From NCBI GenBank assembly GCA_005893165.1, contig VBOR01000057.1, positions 15,408 to 79,407 on the forward strand: a DNA stretch of 64,000 nt, read 5' to 3'. Source of the stretch: Candidatus Eiseniibacteriota bacterium (GTDB lineage Bacteria; Eisenbacteria; RBG-16-71-46; SZUA-252). Position numbers and translations under genes: made by a program. The notes beneath the pieces were generated by a model. That model saw only the letters and a list, made by a program, of their open reading frames with translations. It did not search any database and was not told where the DNA came from. Of the stretch, positions 26,261 through 36,093 are shown piece after piece; position 1 is the first letter of the stretch; every line of letters begins with the position of its first letter.

Positions 26261-27484
26261 ATGGGGCTCGTCTGGATCGTCGCCTCCCGCTACCTGCGCT
26301 CCAAGCGCCGGCTCAGCTTCATCACGCTCGTCAGCCTGCTTGCCTCGGGCGGCGTCTTCGTGGGCGTCGCGGCGCTCACCATCGTGCTCTCCGTCATGAA
26401 CGGTTTCGAGGACCAGGTGCAGCGGCGGATCGCGGGGACGAACGCGCACGTCGCGGTCCTGTCCGCGGACGACCGGCCCGTCCTTCCCTCCGACACCCTC
26501 CTCGCCAAGGTCCAGGCCGCGGCCCCCGGGTCCGCGGTGGCGCCTTTCGTGTACGGCAAGGTCATGGTGGCCTCGCGAAGCAGCGTGGACGGGATGGTCC
26601 TGAAGGGCGTGGACCCGGCAGGGGAGGCGCGCGTCACCGACATCATGGAGCACCTCACGCCCTCGGGGCACCCGCTCGATGGGGGCGACCTTCCGGGCAT
26701 CGGGCTCGGGGAGGAGCTGGCGGTCCGGCTGCGCGTCGCGGTCGGAGACGTCATCATCATCAGCCTCCCCACGGAGGAGCCGGGCGGCATCTTCGGGGGC
26801 GTTCCGCGCGTGAAGCGCCTCCGCGTGGGCTCGATCTTCCGCTCCGGGCTCTACGAGTACGACTCCTCGTTCGGGATCGTGCGGATCGAGACGGCGCAGT
26901 CCTTCTTCGCGCTGGATCGCGCCGTGACCGGGTTCGAGCTGCGCATCCGCGACATGTTCCAGGCCCGCGAGACGGCGCACGCGATCGAAACGAAGCTGGG
27001 CCCGGACTACCGGGTGACGAACTGGATCGACCTCAACCGGAATCTCTTCGCCTGGATGAAAATCGAGAAGACCGTGATGTTCACGATCCTGATCCTGATC
27101 GTGCTGGTCGCCACGGTGAACATCGTGTCAAGTCTCGTGATGCTCGTGCTGGAGAAGCGCCGGGACATTGGGGTTTTACGGACGATGGGAGTCACCCCCC
27201 ACGGGATCATGAGGATCTTTCTTCTGCAAGGAACGCTCGTCGGGCTGGCGGGCACGGGGCTGGGGCTTCTCGTGGGCTGGGGCGTCTCCTTCGTCCTGGG
27301 GCGTTACAAGCTCCTCCACCTGCCGGGCGAGATCTACTTCATCGACACGCTGCCGGTGAAGATCGAGTGGACCGACTTCGCGCTGGTCGCCGCCGCGGCC
27401 ACGGCGCTCTGCTTCGTGGCCAGCCTCTATCCCGCCTGGCGGGCCGCGAGGCTTGCCCCGGTGGAGTCCATCCGGTATGAATGA
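26261..27484 (+). CDS. lolC: Lipoprotein-releasing ABC permease LolC/E (FtsX-like)
   Basis: MGLVWIVASRYLRSKRR..., MacB-like periplasmic domain, 4 TM. Confidence 0.85.
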   Translation: MGLVWIVASRYLRSKRRLSFITLVSLLASGGVFVGVAALTIVLSVMNGFEDQVQRRIAGTNAHVAVLSADDRPVLPSDTLLAKVQAAAPGSAVAPFVYGKVMVASRSSVDGMVLKGVDPAGEARVTDIMEHLTPSGHPLDGGDLPGIGLGEELAVRLRVAVGDVIIISLPTEEPGGIFGGVPRVKRLRVGSIFRSGLYEYDSSFGIVRIETAQSFFALDRAVTGFELRIRDMFQARETAHAIETKLGPDYRVTNWIDLNRNLFAWMKIEKTVMFTILILIVLVATVNIVSSLVMLVLEKRRDIGVLRTMGVTPHGIMRIFLLQGTLVGLAGTGLGLLVGWGVSFVLGRYKLLHLPGEIYFIDTLPVKIEWTDFALVAAAATALCFVASLYPAWRAARLAPVESIRYE

Positions 27485-28199
27485 GGCGCCCGCGAGGCAT
27501 CCGGCGCCCGCGATCGTGGCGAGGGGACTTGCCAAGACCTATCACGACTCCGCGGCGCCCATCGAGGTGCTCCGGGACGTGAGTCTTTCCGTGGAGCCGG
27601 GGGAGGTGGTGGCGGTGGTGGGGGCTTCGGGCTCGGGAAAATCCACGCTGCTCCACCTGCTCGGCGGACTCGACCGCCCCACCAAGGGCTCGGTGAGGGT
27701 CGGCGGGGCGGAGCTCTCGTCCCTCGACGAGGCCGGCCGCTCGCGGCTGCGGTCCCGCACGGTTGGGTTCGTCTTCCAGTTTCACCAGCTGTTGCCGGAA
27801 TTCACCGCCCTCGAGAACGTGATGATGCCCGGCTGGGTGGCGGGGGCTTCGCGTGCCGCGACCCGCGAGCGGGCGGAGAGCCTCCTCCGGGACCTGGGTT
27901 TAGGGGACCGGGCGGAGCACAAGCCGGGGGAGCTTTCGGGCGGAGAGCAGCAGCGCGTCGCGGTGGCTCGCGCCTTGCATATGAAGCCAGCGGTTCTTCT
28001 GGCGGACGAGCCGACGGGAAATCTGGACCGGCGGGCCTCGGCGATGCTGCTGGAAATCTTCGAGCGGTACCGGTCTCGTGAGCAGCAAGCCATTGTGATT
28101 GCAACACATAATCCCGATGTCGCACAATCGGCCGGCCGGGTGGTTACCCTTGAGGATGGCTATCTCAGGCCGATTAGAATTGAGTCAGGTCGCATCTAA
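27477..28199 (+). CDS. lolD: Lipoprotein-releasing ABC ATPase LolD
   Basis: Walker A GASGSGKST, LSGGEQQR, Walker B LLADEPTGNLD. Confidence 0.85.
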   Translation: MNEAPARHPAPAIVARGLAKTYHDSAAPIEVLRDVSLSVEPGEVVAVVGASGSGKSTLLHLLGGLDRPTKGSVRVGGAELSSLDEAGRSRLRSRTVGFVFQFHQLLPEFTALENVMMPGWVAGASRAATRERAESLLRDLGLGDRAEHKPGELSGGEQQRVAVARALHMKPAVLLADEPTGNLDRRASAMLLEIFERYRSREQQAIVIATHNPDVAQSAGRVVTLEDGYLRPIRIESGRI

Positions 28200-28236
28200 T
28201 TAGTCGGGAGCGTCCGGCCAACCGGAAGGAACGCAC

Positions 28237-28761
28237 ATGCAGTGTCAAATTTGCGCCAAACGGCCGGCGGTCGTCCACTTCACCGAGATCGTCAACAACA
28301 AGAAATCCGAATACCACGTCTGCGAGAAGTGCGCGGAGGAGAAGGGCTACCACGTGCCGCTCGTGAAGACGAAGTTCTCCGTGGGGGATCTGTTGGCGGG
28401 AATGGTGGAACAGCCGGGCTCCGCGGAAGAAGCCCGCGTGGGCCGCGTCCAGTGCCCCAAGTGCGGGCTGGTCTATTCGAATTTCAAGGAGACCGGCCGG
28501 CTGGGCTGCTCGGAGTGCTATCCCACCTTCCGGTCGCAGCTGCGGCCGCTTCTGCGCCGGGTGCACGGCAGCACCAAGCACGTGGGGAAAGCCCCCGTGC
28601 GCGACGCGGCGCGCGTGGCCTTGAGGCGGGAAGTCCAGAGATTGCACGAAGAGCTCCAGAAGGCGGTCGAGCTCGAGGATTTCGAGTCCGCCGCGGGTCT
28701 TCGGGACCGGATCAAGAAGCTCGAGCTGAACGACGTCCGGGCGATCGGAGGCGGGAATTGA
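28237..28761 (+). CDS. mcsA: McsA (zinc-finger/UVR-motif activator of McsB)
   Basis: CxxC x4 N-terminus (CQICAKR..CEKCAEE..CPKCG..CSECY) and C-terminal UVR-like motif. Confidence 0.85.
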   Translation: MQCQICAKRPAVVHFTEIVNNKKSEYHVCEKCAEEKGYHVPLVKTKFSVGDLLAGMVEQPGSAEEARVGRVQCPKCGLVYSNFKETGRLGCSECYPTFRSQLRPLLRRVHGSTKHVGKAPVRDAARVALRREVQRLHEELQKAVELEDFESAAGLRDRIKKLELNDVRAIGGGN

Positions 28762-29837
28762 AGCTGACGGGACTCTCCACCTCGCTCGGCCGCTGGCTCG
28801 ACGGATCGGGTCCGGCCTCGGACGTGGTTCTGAGCACGCGGGTCCGCCTCGCGAGAAATCTCTCGGGGGTCCCGTTCACCCATCGCGCGCGCGAAGAGCA
28901 GCTCGTCATGGTGTATTCGAGCGTGCTCTCGGCGGTCCGGAAGACCCCGGCGCTCACGCAATCGCTCGCGCTCGAAATGCGCGAGCTGACTCCGCTCGAT
29001 CGCCAGTTCCTGGTCGAGCGTCATCTCATCAGCAACGACCTCGCGGACAACGGCAAGCTTCGCGGCCTTCTCGTCCTCCCCGACGAGAGCATCTCGGCGA
29101 TGGTGAACGAAGAGGATCATCTGAGGCTTCAGGCGCTCGCTTCCGGATTCCAGCTTCGCGCCGCGTGGGAATCGGTGAACGCCATCGATGATGAATTGGC
29201 GCAGGACCTGGACTATGCTTTCAGCGACGAGCTGGGATACCTGACCGCGTGCCCGACCAACGTCGGCACCGGAATGAGAGCGTCGGTGCTCATCCACCTT
29301 CCCTCTCTGGTGCTCACGAAGCAGATCGGACGCGTGCTCCAGGGAATCACCCAGGTGGGCCTCGCGGTGCGCGGGTTCTACGGCGAAGGATCCCAGATCA
29401 TGGGAAACTTCTTCCAGATCTCGAACCAGACGACGCTGGGCCAGAACGAGCGGGAAACGATCGACAGTCTGGAACGGGTCACCAAGCAGATCATCGATTC
29501 CGAGCAGCGCGCGCGCGACGAGCTCCTGAAAGACGCGAGGGTCCAGATCGAGGACAAGATCTGGCGCGCCTACGGGACCCTGCGCCACAGCCGCGTCATC
29601 TCGTCGCAGGAAGTCGTCAATCTCTCCTCGGCCGTGCGCTTCGGCGTGGCGCTCCGGATCGAGGGTCTGGCCAGCGTACAGACGCTGAACGAGCTTCTGG
29701 TCCGGTCGCAGCCGGCGCACTTGCAAGTCAGGGCGGGCCGCGAGCTCGAGCAGCGCGAACGGAATATCCTGAGAGCGGAATACATTCGAGGTCTCCTCGG
29801 CGAGGGGGGCTCGGTTCCGGTTTCGAGAAGCAACTAG
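28758..29837 (+). CDS. mcsB: McsB protein-arginine kinase (ATP:guanido phosphotransferase)
   Basis: VLSTRVRLARNLSGVPF, CPTNVGTGMRASV phosphagen-kinase active site; TTG start overlapping the mcsA stop. Confidence 0.9.
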   Translation: MKLTGLSTSLGRWLDGSGPASDVVLSTRVRLARNLSGVPFTHRAREEQLVMVYSSVLSAVRKTPALTQSLALEMRELTPLDRQFLVERHLISNDLADNGKLRGLLVLPDESISAMVNEEDHLRLQALASGFQLRAAWESVNAIDDELAQDLDYAFSDELGYLTACPTNVGTGMRASVLIHLPSLVLTKQIGRVLQGITQVGLAVRGFYGEGSQIMGNFFQISNQTTLGQNERETIDSLERVTKQIIDSEQRARDELLKDARVQIEDKIWRAYGTLRHSRVISSQEVVNLSSAVRFGVALRIEGLASVQTLNELLVRSQPAHLQVRAGRELEQRERNILRAEYIRGLLGEGGSVPVSRSN

Positions 29838-29864
29838 CCGAAATGGTGGGGGAGGTCGAGATCC

Positions 29865-32153
29865 ATGCATGACAAGTTCACGGAACGCGTGCGGAAGGTG
29901 ATGTATCTCGCGCGGGAAGAGGCCGCGCGGCTTCAGCACGATTACATCGGCACCGAGCACCTGCTCCTCGGGGTCATCCGCGAGGGAGAAGGCATCGCGG
30001 CCACGGTGCTGAACAACCTGGGGCTCGATCTGGACGCGATCCGCCAGGCGGTCGAGAGCATGGTCTCCTCGACCGGCGGCACGCTCACGATCGGGGAGAT
30101 CCCCTTCACGCCGCGCGCGAAGCGCGTGCTCGAATTGAGCGTCGACGAGGCGCGCCAGCTGGGGCACAACTACGTCGGCACGGAGCATCTCCTCCTGGGG
30201 CTCATCCGGGAAGGGGAAGGGGTCGCCGCGCGCGTCTTGCTGGAGCTGGGGGTGGATCGGAAGAAGGTCCGCGAGGAGACCCTGAAGCTCCTGGGCGGGA
30301 CCGACCGAGTCATCCAGGTCCTCTCCCGCCGCAAGAAAAACAATCCGATCCTGATCGGAGAGCCGGGCGTGGGCAAGACCGCCATCGCCGAAGGGCTCGC
30401 GGAGCGGATCGTCGAGAACAAGGTCCCCGAGACCCTCAAGGACAAGCGGATCGTCACCCTGGACCTCGCCGCCGTCGTGGCGGGCACCAAGTACCGCGGT
30501 CAGTTCGAGGAGCGCCTCAAGGCGGTCATGAACGAGATCCGCGAGTCCAAGGACACGATCATCTTCATCGACGAGCTCCACACGATCGTCGGCGCGGGGG
30601 GCGCGGAGGGGGCGATCGACGCCTCCAACATGCTGAAGCCGGCCCTGGCGCGCGGCGAGCTCCAGTGCATCGGCGCGACCACCCTGGACGAGTTCCGCAA
30701 GTACATCGAGAAGGACGGGGCCCTGGAGCGGCGGTTCCAGCCGATCATGGTGGACCCGCCCTCCGTGGATCAGACGATCCAGATCATCCGCGGGCTGCGC
30801 GACAAGTACGAAGCGCACCATGGCGCCAAGTATTCCGACGATTCCATCGTGCAGGCGGTCAAGCTGGCCGACCGCTACATCAACGACCGCTTCTTACCCG
30901 ATAAGGCAATCGACGTGATCGACGAGGCGGGTGCGAGCGCGAGGCTCAGCATCTCGGCCATTCCGACCGAGGTGCGCGAGCTGGAGAAGCAGGTGGAAGA
31001 GGTCGCCAAGGAGAAGGAGGCCGCCATCCAGCAGCAGGAATTCGAGAAGGCGGCGCGCTTCCGCGACAAGGAGAAGGATCTTCGCTCGAAGCTCCGCGAG
31101 CACAAGAAGACCTGGACCGAGATCAAGCACGAGAAGGAAGCGCTCGTCGACGTGGACCTGATCGCCAAGGTCATCTCGCGCATGACGAGCATCCCGATCG
31201 CCCGCCTCGAGGAGAAGGAATCGGAGAAGCTGCTCCGCATGGAAGAGGAGCTCCGGAAATCGATCGTGGGCCAGGAGGAAGCGGTGGCCGCCGTCTCCCG
31301 CGCCATCCGGCGCAATCGCGCCGGCCTTCGCGACCCGCGCCGTCCGATCGGATCCTTCATCTTCCTGGGCCCGACCGGGGTCGGCAAGACCGAGCTGGCG
31401 CGCGTTCTGGCGCGCTTCCTCTTCGACGATCCCGATGCCCTGATCCGGATCGATATGTCCGAATACATGGAAAAATTCTCGGTTTCCCGGCTCATCGGGG
31501 CGCCTCCGGGGTACGTAGGACATGAGGAGGGCGGGCAGCTCACGGAGAAGGTGCGTCGCAAGCCCTACTCGGTGGTCCTCCTCGACGAGATCGAGAAGGC
31601 GCACCCGGACGTGTTCAACATCCTTCTCCAAGTGCTGGACGACGGGCAGCTGACCGACAGCCTGCGCCGGAAGGTGGATTTCAAGAACACCGTGCTCATC
31701 ATGACGTCGAACCTGGGAGCACGGCAGATCAAGGGAGGCCGGGGTCTGGGCTTCACCGACCGGGAAGGCGGGTCGAATTACGTGATCATGAAGAACACGA
31801 TCATGGATGAAGTGAAACGGGTCTTCAATCCCGAGTTCCTGAACCGCATCGACGAGATGATCGTGTTCCATCCGCTCGATCGCCCGCAGATGGGATCCAT
31901 CACGAAGATCCTGCTCGGGCAGGTCGCGGACCGGATGAAGGGGAGCGGGATCACGCTGAACTTCGAGGACGAGGTCGTGGATCTGCTCATCCAGAAGGGC
32001 TTCGACGAGGCGCTGGGAGCGCGTCCGCTCAAGCGGAGCATCCAGAAACTGATCGAAGATCCGCTTTCGGAGCACGTTCTGCGCGGCCAGCTGAAGGAGG
32101 GAAGCGACGTTTTGGTTTCCCGCCGGGGTGACGAGCTGATTTTCGCCTCTTGA
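29865..32153 (+). CDS. clpC: ClpC-type AAA+ chaperone (N-repeats, D1, UVR linker, D2); carries an in-frame deletion removing the universally conserved ...LDPVIGR... segment
   Basis: Duplicated N-domain, Walker [14 protein letters not shown] and [30 protein letters not shown]; the sequence goes LKLLGG directly to [16 protein letters not shown]. Confidence 0.85.
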   Translation: MHDKFTERVRKVMYLAREEAARLQHDYIGTEHLLLGVIREGEGIAATVLNNLGLDLDAIRQAVESMVSSTGGTLTIGEIPFTPRAKRVLELSVDEARQLGHNYVGTEHLLLGLIREGEGVAARVLLELGVDRKKVREETLKLLGGTDRVIQVLSRRKKNNPILIGEPGVGKTAIAEGLAERIVENKVPETLKDKRIVTLDLAAVVAGTKYRGQFEERLKAVMNEIRESKDTIIFIDELHTIVGAGGAEGAIDASNMLKPALARGELQCIGATTLDEFRKYIEKDGALERRFQPIMVDPPSVDQTIQIIRGLRDKYEAHHGAKYSDDSIVQAVKLADRYINDRFLPDKAIDVIDEAGASARLSISAIPTEVRELEKQVEEVAKEKEAAIQQQEFEKAARFRDKEKDLRSKLREHKKTWTEIKHEKEALVDVDLIAKVISRMTSIPIARLEEKESEKLLRMEEELRKSIVGQEEAVAAVSRAIRRNRAGLRDPRRPIGSFIFLGPTGVGKTELARVLARFLFDDPDALIRIDMSEYMEKFSVSRLIGAPPGYVGHEEGGQLTEKVRRKPYSVVLLDEIEKAHPDVFNILLQVLDDGQLTDSLRRKVDFKNTVLIMTSNLGARQIKGGRGLGFTDREGGSNYVIMKNTIMDEVKRVFNPEFLNRIDEMIVFHPLDRPQMGSITKILLGQVADRMKGSGITLNFEDEVVDLLIQKGFDEALGARPLKRSIQKLIEDPLSEHVLRGQLKEGSDVLVSRRGDELIFAS

Positions 32154-34573
32154 GGCATTCCAAGAACATTCGAGAGCCGCAAGGACGCGGCGCGCGGCCG
32201 CTACGGCTTCGCGCGTCCGTCCTGGCTTGGGTCCCGCTCCTGTTGAGCCTCGGCACGACCGCGCCCGCTCTGGCGCAGGCGCCCGCCCCGCCCGTGACGC
32301 CGTCCCCCGGCGCGCTCCTGGCGGACTCTCTTGCGGTGCCGGCGGACACCTCCGCCGCTCCCGCGCAGACGATCCGGAGCGTCTCCGCCGCGGGATACGT
32401 CAACGTCGATTCCCTGGTGGTCATCCGCACCTTCGGGATGCCCGCCGGCCAGCCCTACGACCCCCGCGAGGTGCGCGTGGCCGTCCGGAGGCTCTTCGCG
32501 ACGGGACTCTTCACGGACGTGACGGTGAGCGACGCCCCGGTTTCGGGCGGCGTTGCGCTCACGATCCACGTCCAGGAGCGCCCTCGCGTGAAGGAGATCG
32601 TGTTCCACGGCGCGAAGAAGATCGAGGAGAAGACCCTCAAGGAGAAGCTCACGCTCGCCGAGGGACAGCTTCTCGACACGGGAACCCTGGAGCTGGATGC
32701 GCGCAAGATCGAATCGGCCTACGCCGCCGATGGCTACGCCCACACGAGGGTCACGGCGCGCACCGAGCCGGCCGGGGCGGGAGCGATCCGGGTGGTGTTC
32801 GACGTTCAGGAGGGAGCGAAGGTCAAGGTCCGGGCCGTGGTCTTCCATGGAAACCAGACCTTGAAGAGCGAGGCGCTCGCCAAGGCCATGGAAAGCAAGA
32901 AGCCCGGGTTCCTCCGGAGCGGGGTGTTCAAGCCGGAGCATCTCGACAAGGACGAGACGAAGCTTCGCCTCTACATGCGCACGCGCGGATACAAGGACGC
33001 GGACGTGGACTCCATCGTGCCGGCGGACGTGCCGGACGGAAAGGGAGTCATCCTCCACGTCTTCCTGCGCGAAGGCCCGCGCTACCGGTTCGGGCAGCTC
33101 ACCTGGACGGGCAACACGGCGGTCCCGACGTCCGCGCTGGTCCTGGCCACGGTGCCGAAGCCGGGCACCATCTACAACGAGGCCCAGGTCCAGAAGACGC
33201 TCGAGAACGCGTACACGCTCTACCAAGAGCAGGGATATCTCTTCCTCTCGATCGATCCCAAGATGGCCGACCGCGACTCCATCGTGGACGTGGATTTCCA
33301 GGTGCAGGAGGGAACACGCTCGAAGATCGCGAACCTCGAGATCACCGGGAACACGCGAACGAGGGAGAACGTGATTCGCCGTGAGGCCAGCGTCTATCCG
33401 GGGGACATCTTCCGCCGCTCGACGCTCATGCGCACCCAGCGGGACATCTTCGGGCTCGGCTACTTCCAGGACGTGAACGTGGACTACGAGCCGACCGGAG
33501 ACAGCGCGGACATCAACCTCACCCTCAAAGTGCAGGAGAAACAGACCGGCACCGCCAGCGCGGGCGCGGGGTACTCGAGTCAGACCGGACTTACCGGATT
33601 CGTCGAGCTGGGGCACAACAATCTCTTCGGCAAGGGACAGAGCGTCAATATCCGGGTCGAGCGCGGCAGCAAGCGAAACGACCTCGAGCTCTCCTACACG
33701 GAGCCCTGGTTCCGGGACACGCCGCTCAGCGTCGGCTTCGACATCTTCAACACGCGCCGGGACCTGGACTTCTACCGGCGGAAAGACGTCGGTGGAGGCG
33801 TCCGTCTCGGGCGTCCGCTGCGCTGGCCCGACTACACGCGCGGGATCATCTCCTACGATCTTCGCGACGTGACCCTCAGCGATTTCGTCCTGCCGCGGGC
33901 CGGGGAGCCTTCGAATCTCCAGGAGCTGCGCAACACCAAGTGGCCGCGCCGCGTGAGCAGCGTGACCTTGACCTTCAATCGGAACAGCACCGACAACCCC
34001 TTCTACCCGTCCAAGGGGTCGAAAATCATCTCGATGAACGAGGTCGCGGGGGGTCTTCTGGGGGGCGTCGAGTCCTTCTACAAGGAGACCTTCGAGAACA
34101 AGTCCTACACGCGCCTGGGCGGGCCGTTCGTGCTCATGGTCCGCGGGAAGACGGGGTTCCTGGGAGGGGGCCAGGTCCCCGACTACGAGCGTTTCCGGCT
34201 CGGAGGAACCACGGTGGACTACCTGCGCGGTTACCCCGACTACTACGTGGTACCCCGCGCCAACATCACGCGGGATTCCCTAACCGGCGCAATTCTGGAC
34301 CGTTACCCCGGCGGCAAGACCATGCTCATCCTTACGAGCGAGCTCCAGTTCCCGATCGCGGACCCGCTCCATGGACTTCTCTTCTTCGAGGCGGGGAATA
34401 CCTGGAACTCGACCCGCGATCTGGACCTTGGTGATCTAAGGAAGAGCATTGGGTTTGGCGTGCGTTTGGAGGTGCCCGCGCTCGGCCGAATCGGGTTCGA
34501 TCTGGGGTATGGTCTGGACCGGGAGGAAGGATCTCGCTGGGAGCCCCATTTCCAGCTGGGCAACACATTCTAG
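32150..34573 (+). CDS. bamA: Outer membrane protein assembly factor BamA (POTRA repeats + Omp85 barrel), TTG start
   Basis: Signal peptide, five POTRA-like units, C-terminal barrel ending ...HFQLGNTF. Confidence 0.9.
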   Translation: MRHSKNIREPQGRGARPLRLRASVLAWVPLLLSLGTTAPALAQAPAPPVTPSPGALLADSLAVPADTSAAPAQTIRSVSAAGYVNVDSLVVIRTFGMPAGQPYDPREVRVAVRRLFATGLFTDVTVSDAPVSGGVALTIHVQERPRVKEIVFHGAKKIEEKTLKEKLTLAEGQLLDTGTLELDARKIESAYAADGYAHTRVTARTEPAGAGAIRVVFDVQEGAKVKVRAVVFHGNQTLKSEALAKAMESKKPGFLRSGVFKPEHLDKDETKLRLYMRTRGYKDADVDSIVPADVPDGKGVILHVFLREGPRYRFGQLTWTGNTAVPTSALVLATVPKPGTIYNEAQVQKTLENAYTLYQEQGYLFLSIDPKMADRDSIVDVDFQVQEGTRSKIANLEITGNTRTRENVIRREASVYPGDIFRRSTLMRTQRDIFGLGYFQDVNVDYEPTGDSADINLTLKVQEKQTGTASAGAGYSSQTGLTGFVELGHNNLFGKGQSVNIRVERGSKRNDLELSYTEPWFRDTPLSVGFDIFNTRRDLDFYRRKDVGGGVRLGRPLRWPDYTRGIISYDLRDVTLSDFVLPRAGEPSNLQELRNTKWPRRVSSVTLTFNRNSTDNPFYPSKGSKIISMNEVAGGLLGGVESFYKETFENKSYTRLGGPFVLMVRGKTGFLGGGQVPDYERFRLGGTTVDYLRGYPDYYVVPRANITRDSLTGAILDRYPGGKTMLILTSELQFPIADPLHGLLFFEAGNTWNSTRDLDLGDLRKSIGFGVRLEVPALGRIGFDLGYGLDREEGSRWEPHFQLGNTF

Positions 34574-34589
34574 CAGAAGGGATTAGCTT

Positions 34590-35012
34590 ATGACTCGACA
34601 GCGACCACTGCGTGCGGTAGTCTGGGCGATCGCATTTTGTTGCCTTGGGCTGCCGGCCTTTGTGAGCGCGGCCGATCTCAAGATCGGCTTCATTGACTCC
34701 GAGCGGATCTTTGCCGAGTATCCCGGCACGCAGGAGGCGCAGAGGTCCTTCAACCGGGAAGTCCAGGACCTCACGAAGACGGCCAAGGAAAAGAAGGCCG
34801 AGATCGACGATCTCCAGCGCAAGCTGGACGCTCAGGGACCCATGTTGAGCGAGGCGAAGCGGGACGAGCAGAACCAGGCGCTGCAGAAGAAAATCGCCGA
34901 CTACGAAACGTTCGTTCAGAAGAACTGGGGACCGCAAGGCGAGGTCTCGAAGATGAACGAGCGGTTCCTGAAGCCGATCGTGGATCGCGTGCACAAGATC
35001 GTCAGGCCGTAG
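34590..35012 (+). CDS. skp: Skp/OmpH periplasmic chaperone, apparently lacking the C-terminal ~35 aa (EGYDLVLD...DIT region)
   Basis: Signal peptide + coiled-coil KIGFIDSERIF...; ends ...PIVDRVHKIVRP* only 43 nt before lpxD. Confidence 0.7.
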   Translation: MTRQRPLRAVVWAIAFCCLGLPAFVSAADLKIGFIDSERIFAEYPGTQEAQRSFNREVQDLTKTAKEKKAEIDDLQRKLDAQGPMLSEAKRDEQNQALQKKIADYETFVQKNWGPQGEVSKMNERFLKPIVDRVHKIVRP

Positions 35013-35055
35013 ATTCCCGGAGCGGGTAGCGCAACCGATTCAAAGGGAGTCCACC

Positions 35056-36093
35056 ATGAAGGTCACGCTGGAGGCGGTCGCGAGGGCGATCGACGGTACG
35101 GTCGTCGGCGATGGTTCCGTCGAGATCACCGGCGTGGCCGGCATTCGCGAGGCGCGGGAAGGGGACCTCACCTTTCTCGCCAATCCCCGCTACGAGCCCT
35201 ATCTCGAGCTGACCCAGGCTTCCGCGGTCATCGTTTCCGAGAACCACCGGAACATCGGCAAGCCGCTCATCCAGAATCCCAACCCCTACCTCGCCTTTCT
35301 CAAGGCGGTCCGGTTCTTCGCGGGAGACGCGGAGCGGCCGTGCTCAGGGATCCATCCCACCGCCGTCATCGCCCCGGACGCCGTCGTCGCGGAGGACGCC
35401 TCGATCGGTCCGCACGCGGTGATCGAGCCCGGGGCCAAGATCGGCTCGCGCTCGATCGTCCAGGCGGGCTGCTACGTGGGCGCGCGGGCGCGGCTGGGGG
35501 ACGAGGTGCTGCTCTATCCCAACGTGACCATCCGCGAAGCGTGCGTGCTGGGGGATCGCGTCATCGTGCACTCCGGAACGGTCGTCGGGAGCGACGGGTT
35601 CGGCTTCGTCCGCGACGGCGACGTGTACCGGAAGCTTCCCCAGGTGGGAATCGTGGAGATCGGGGACGACGTGGAGATCGGCGCGAACGTCACGATCGAC
35701 CGCGCCACCACCGGGACGACGCGAATCGGCGCCGGGAGCAAGATCGACAACCTGGTCCAGATCGCGCACAACGTCCAGATCGGGAAGAGCTGCATCATCG
35801 TCGCCCAGGTGGGCATCTCGGGCAGCACCGTGCTCGGGGACCACGTGGTCCTCGCGGGGCAGGTGGGCGTCGTGGGGCACATCGAGATCGGCGACGGCGC
35901 CAGCGTGGGCGCCCAATCGGGAGTCTCCAAGTCCGTGAAGCCCGGAGAGCGCATGTTCGGCTATCCGGCCATGCCGCTCCGGCAGGCGAAGCGCATCGAG
36001 GCGAGCATTCGGAACCTGCCCGAGCTCATCCAGACGGTGCGCCGACTGAAGCGCCGCTTGGACGAACTCGAGGGCTCCAAAGAGCCGCGGTGA
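35056..36093 (+). CDS. lpxD: UDP-3-O-(3-hydroxyacyl)glucosamine N-acyltransferase
   Basis: Left-handed beta-helix hexapeptide repeats; lies between skp and lpxC. Confidence 0.9.
   Translation: MKVTLEAVARAIDGTVVGDGSVEITGVAGIREAREGDLTFLANPRYEPYLELTQASAVIVSENHRNIGKPLIQNPNPYLAFLKAVRFFAGDAERPCSGIHPTAVIAPDAVVAEDASIGPHAVIEPGAKIGSRSIVQAGCYVGARARLGDEVLLYPNVTIREACVLGDRVIVHSGTVVGSDGFGFVRDGDVYRKLPQVGIVEIGDDVEIGANVTIDRATTGTTRIGAGSKIDNLVQIAHNVQIGKSCIIVAQVGISGSTVLGDHVVLAGQVGVVGHIEIGDGASVGAQSGVSKSVKPGERMFGYPAMPLRQAKRIEASIRNLPELIQTVRRLKRRLDELEGSKEPR

Noticed and set aside
28140-28236. CtsR operator or CIRCE element upstream of mcsA
   Set aside because: No GGTCAAA direct repeats and no TTAGCACTC-N9-GAGTGCTAA; only an AT-rich patch with weak symmetry.
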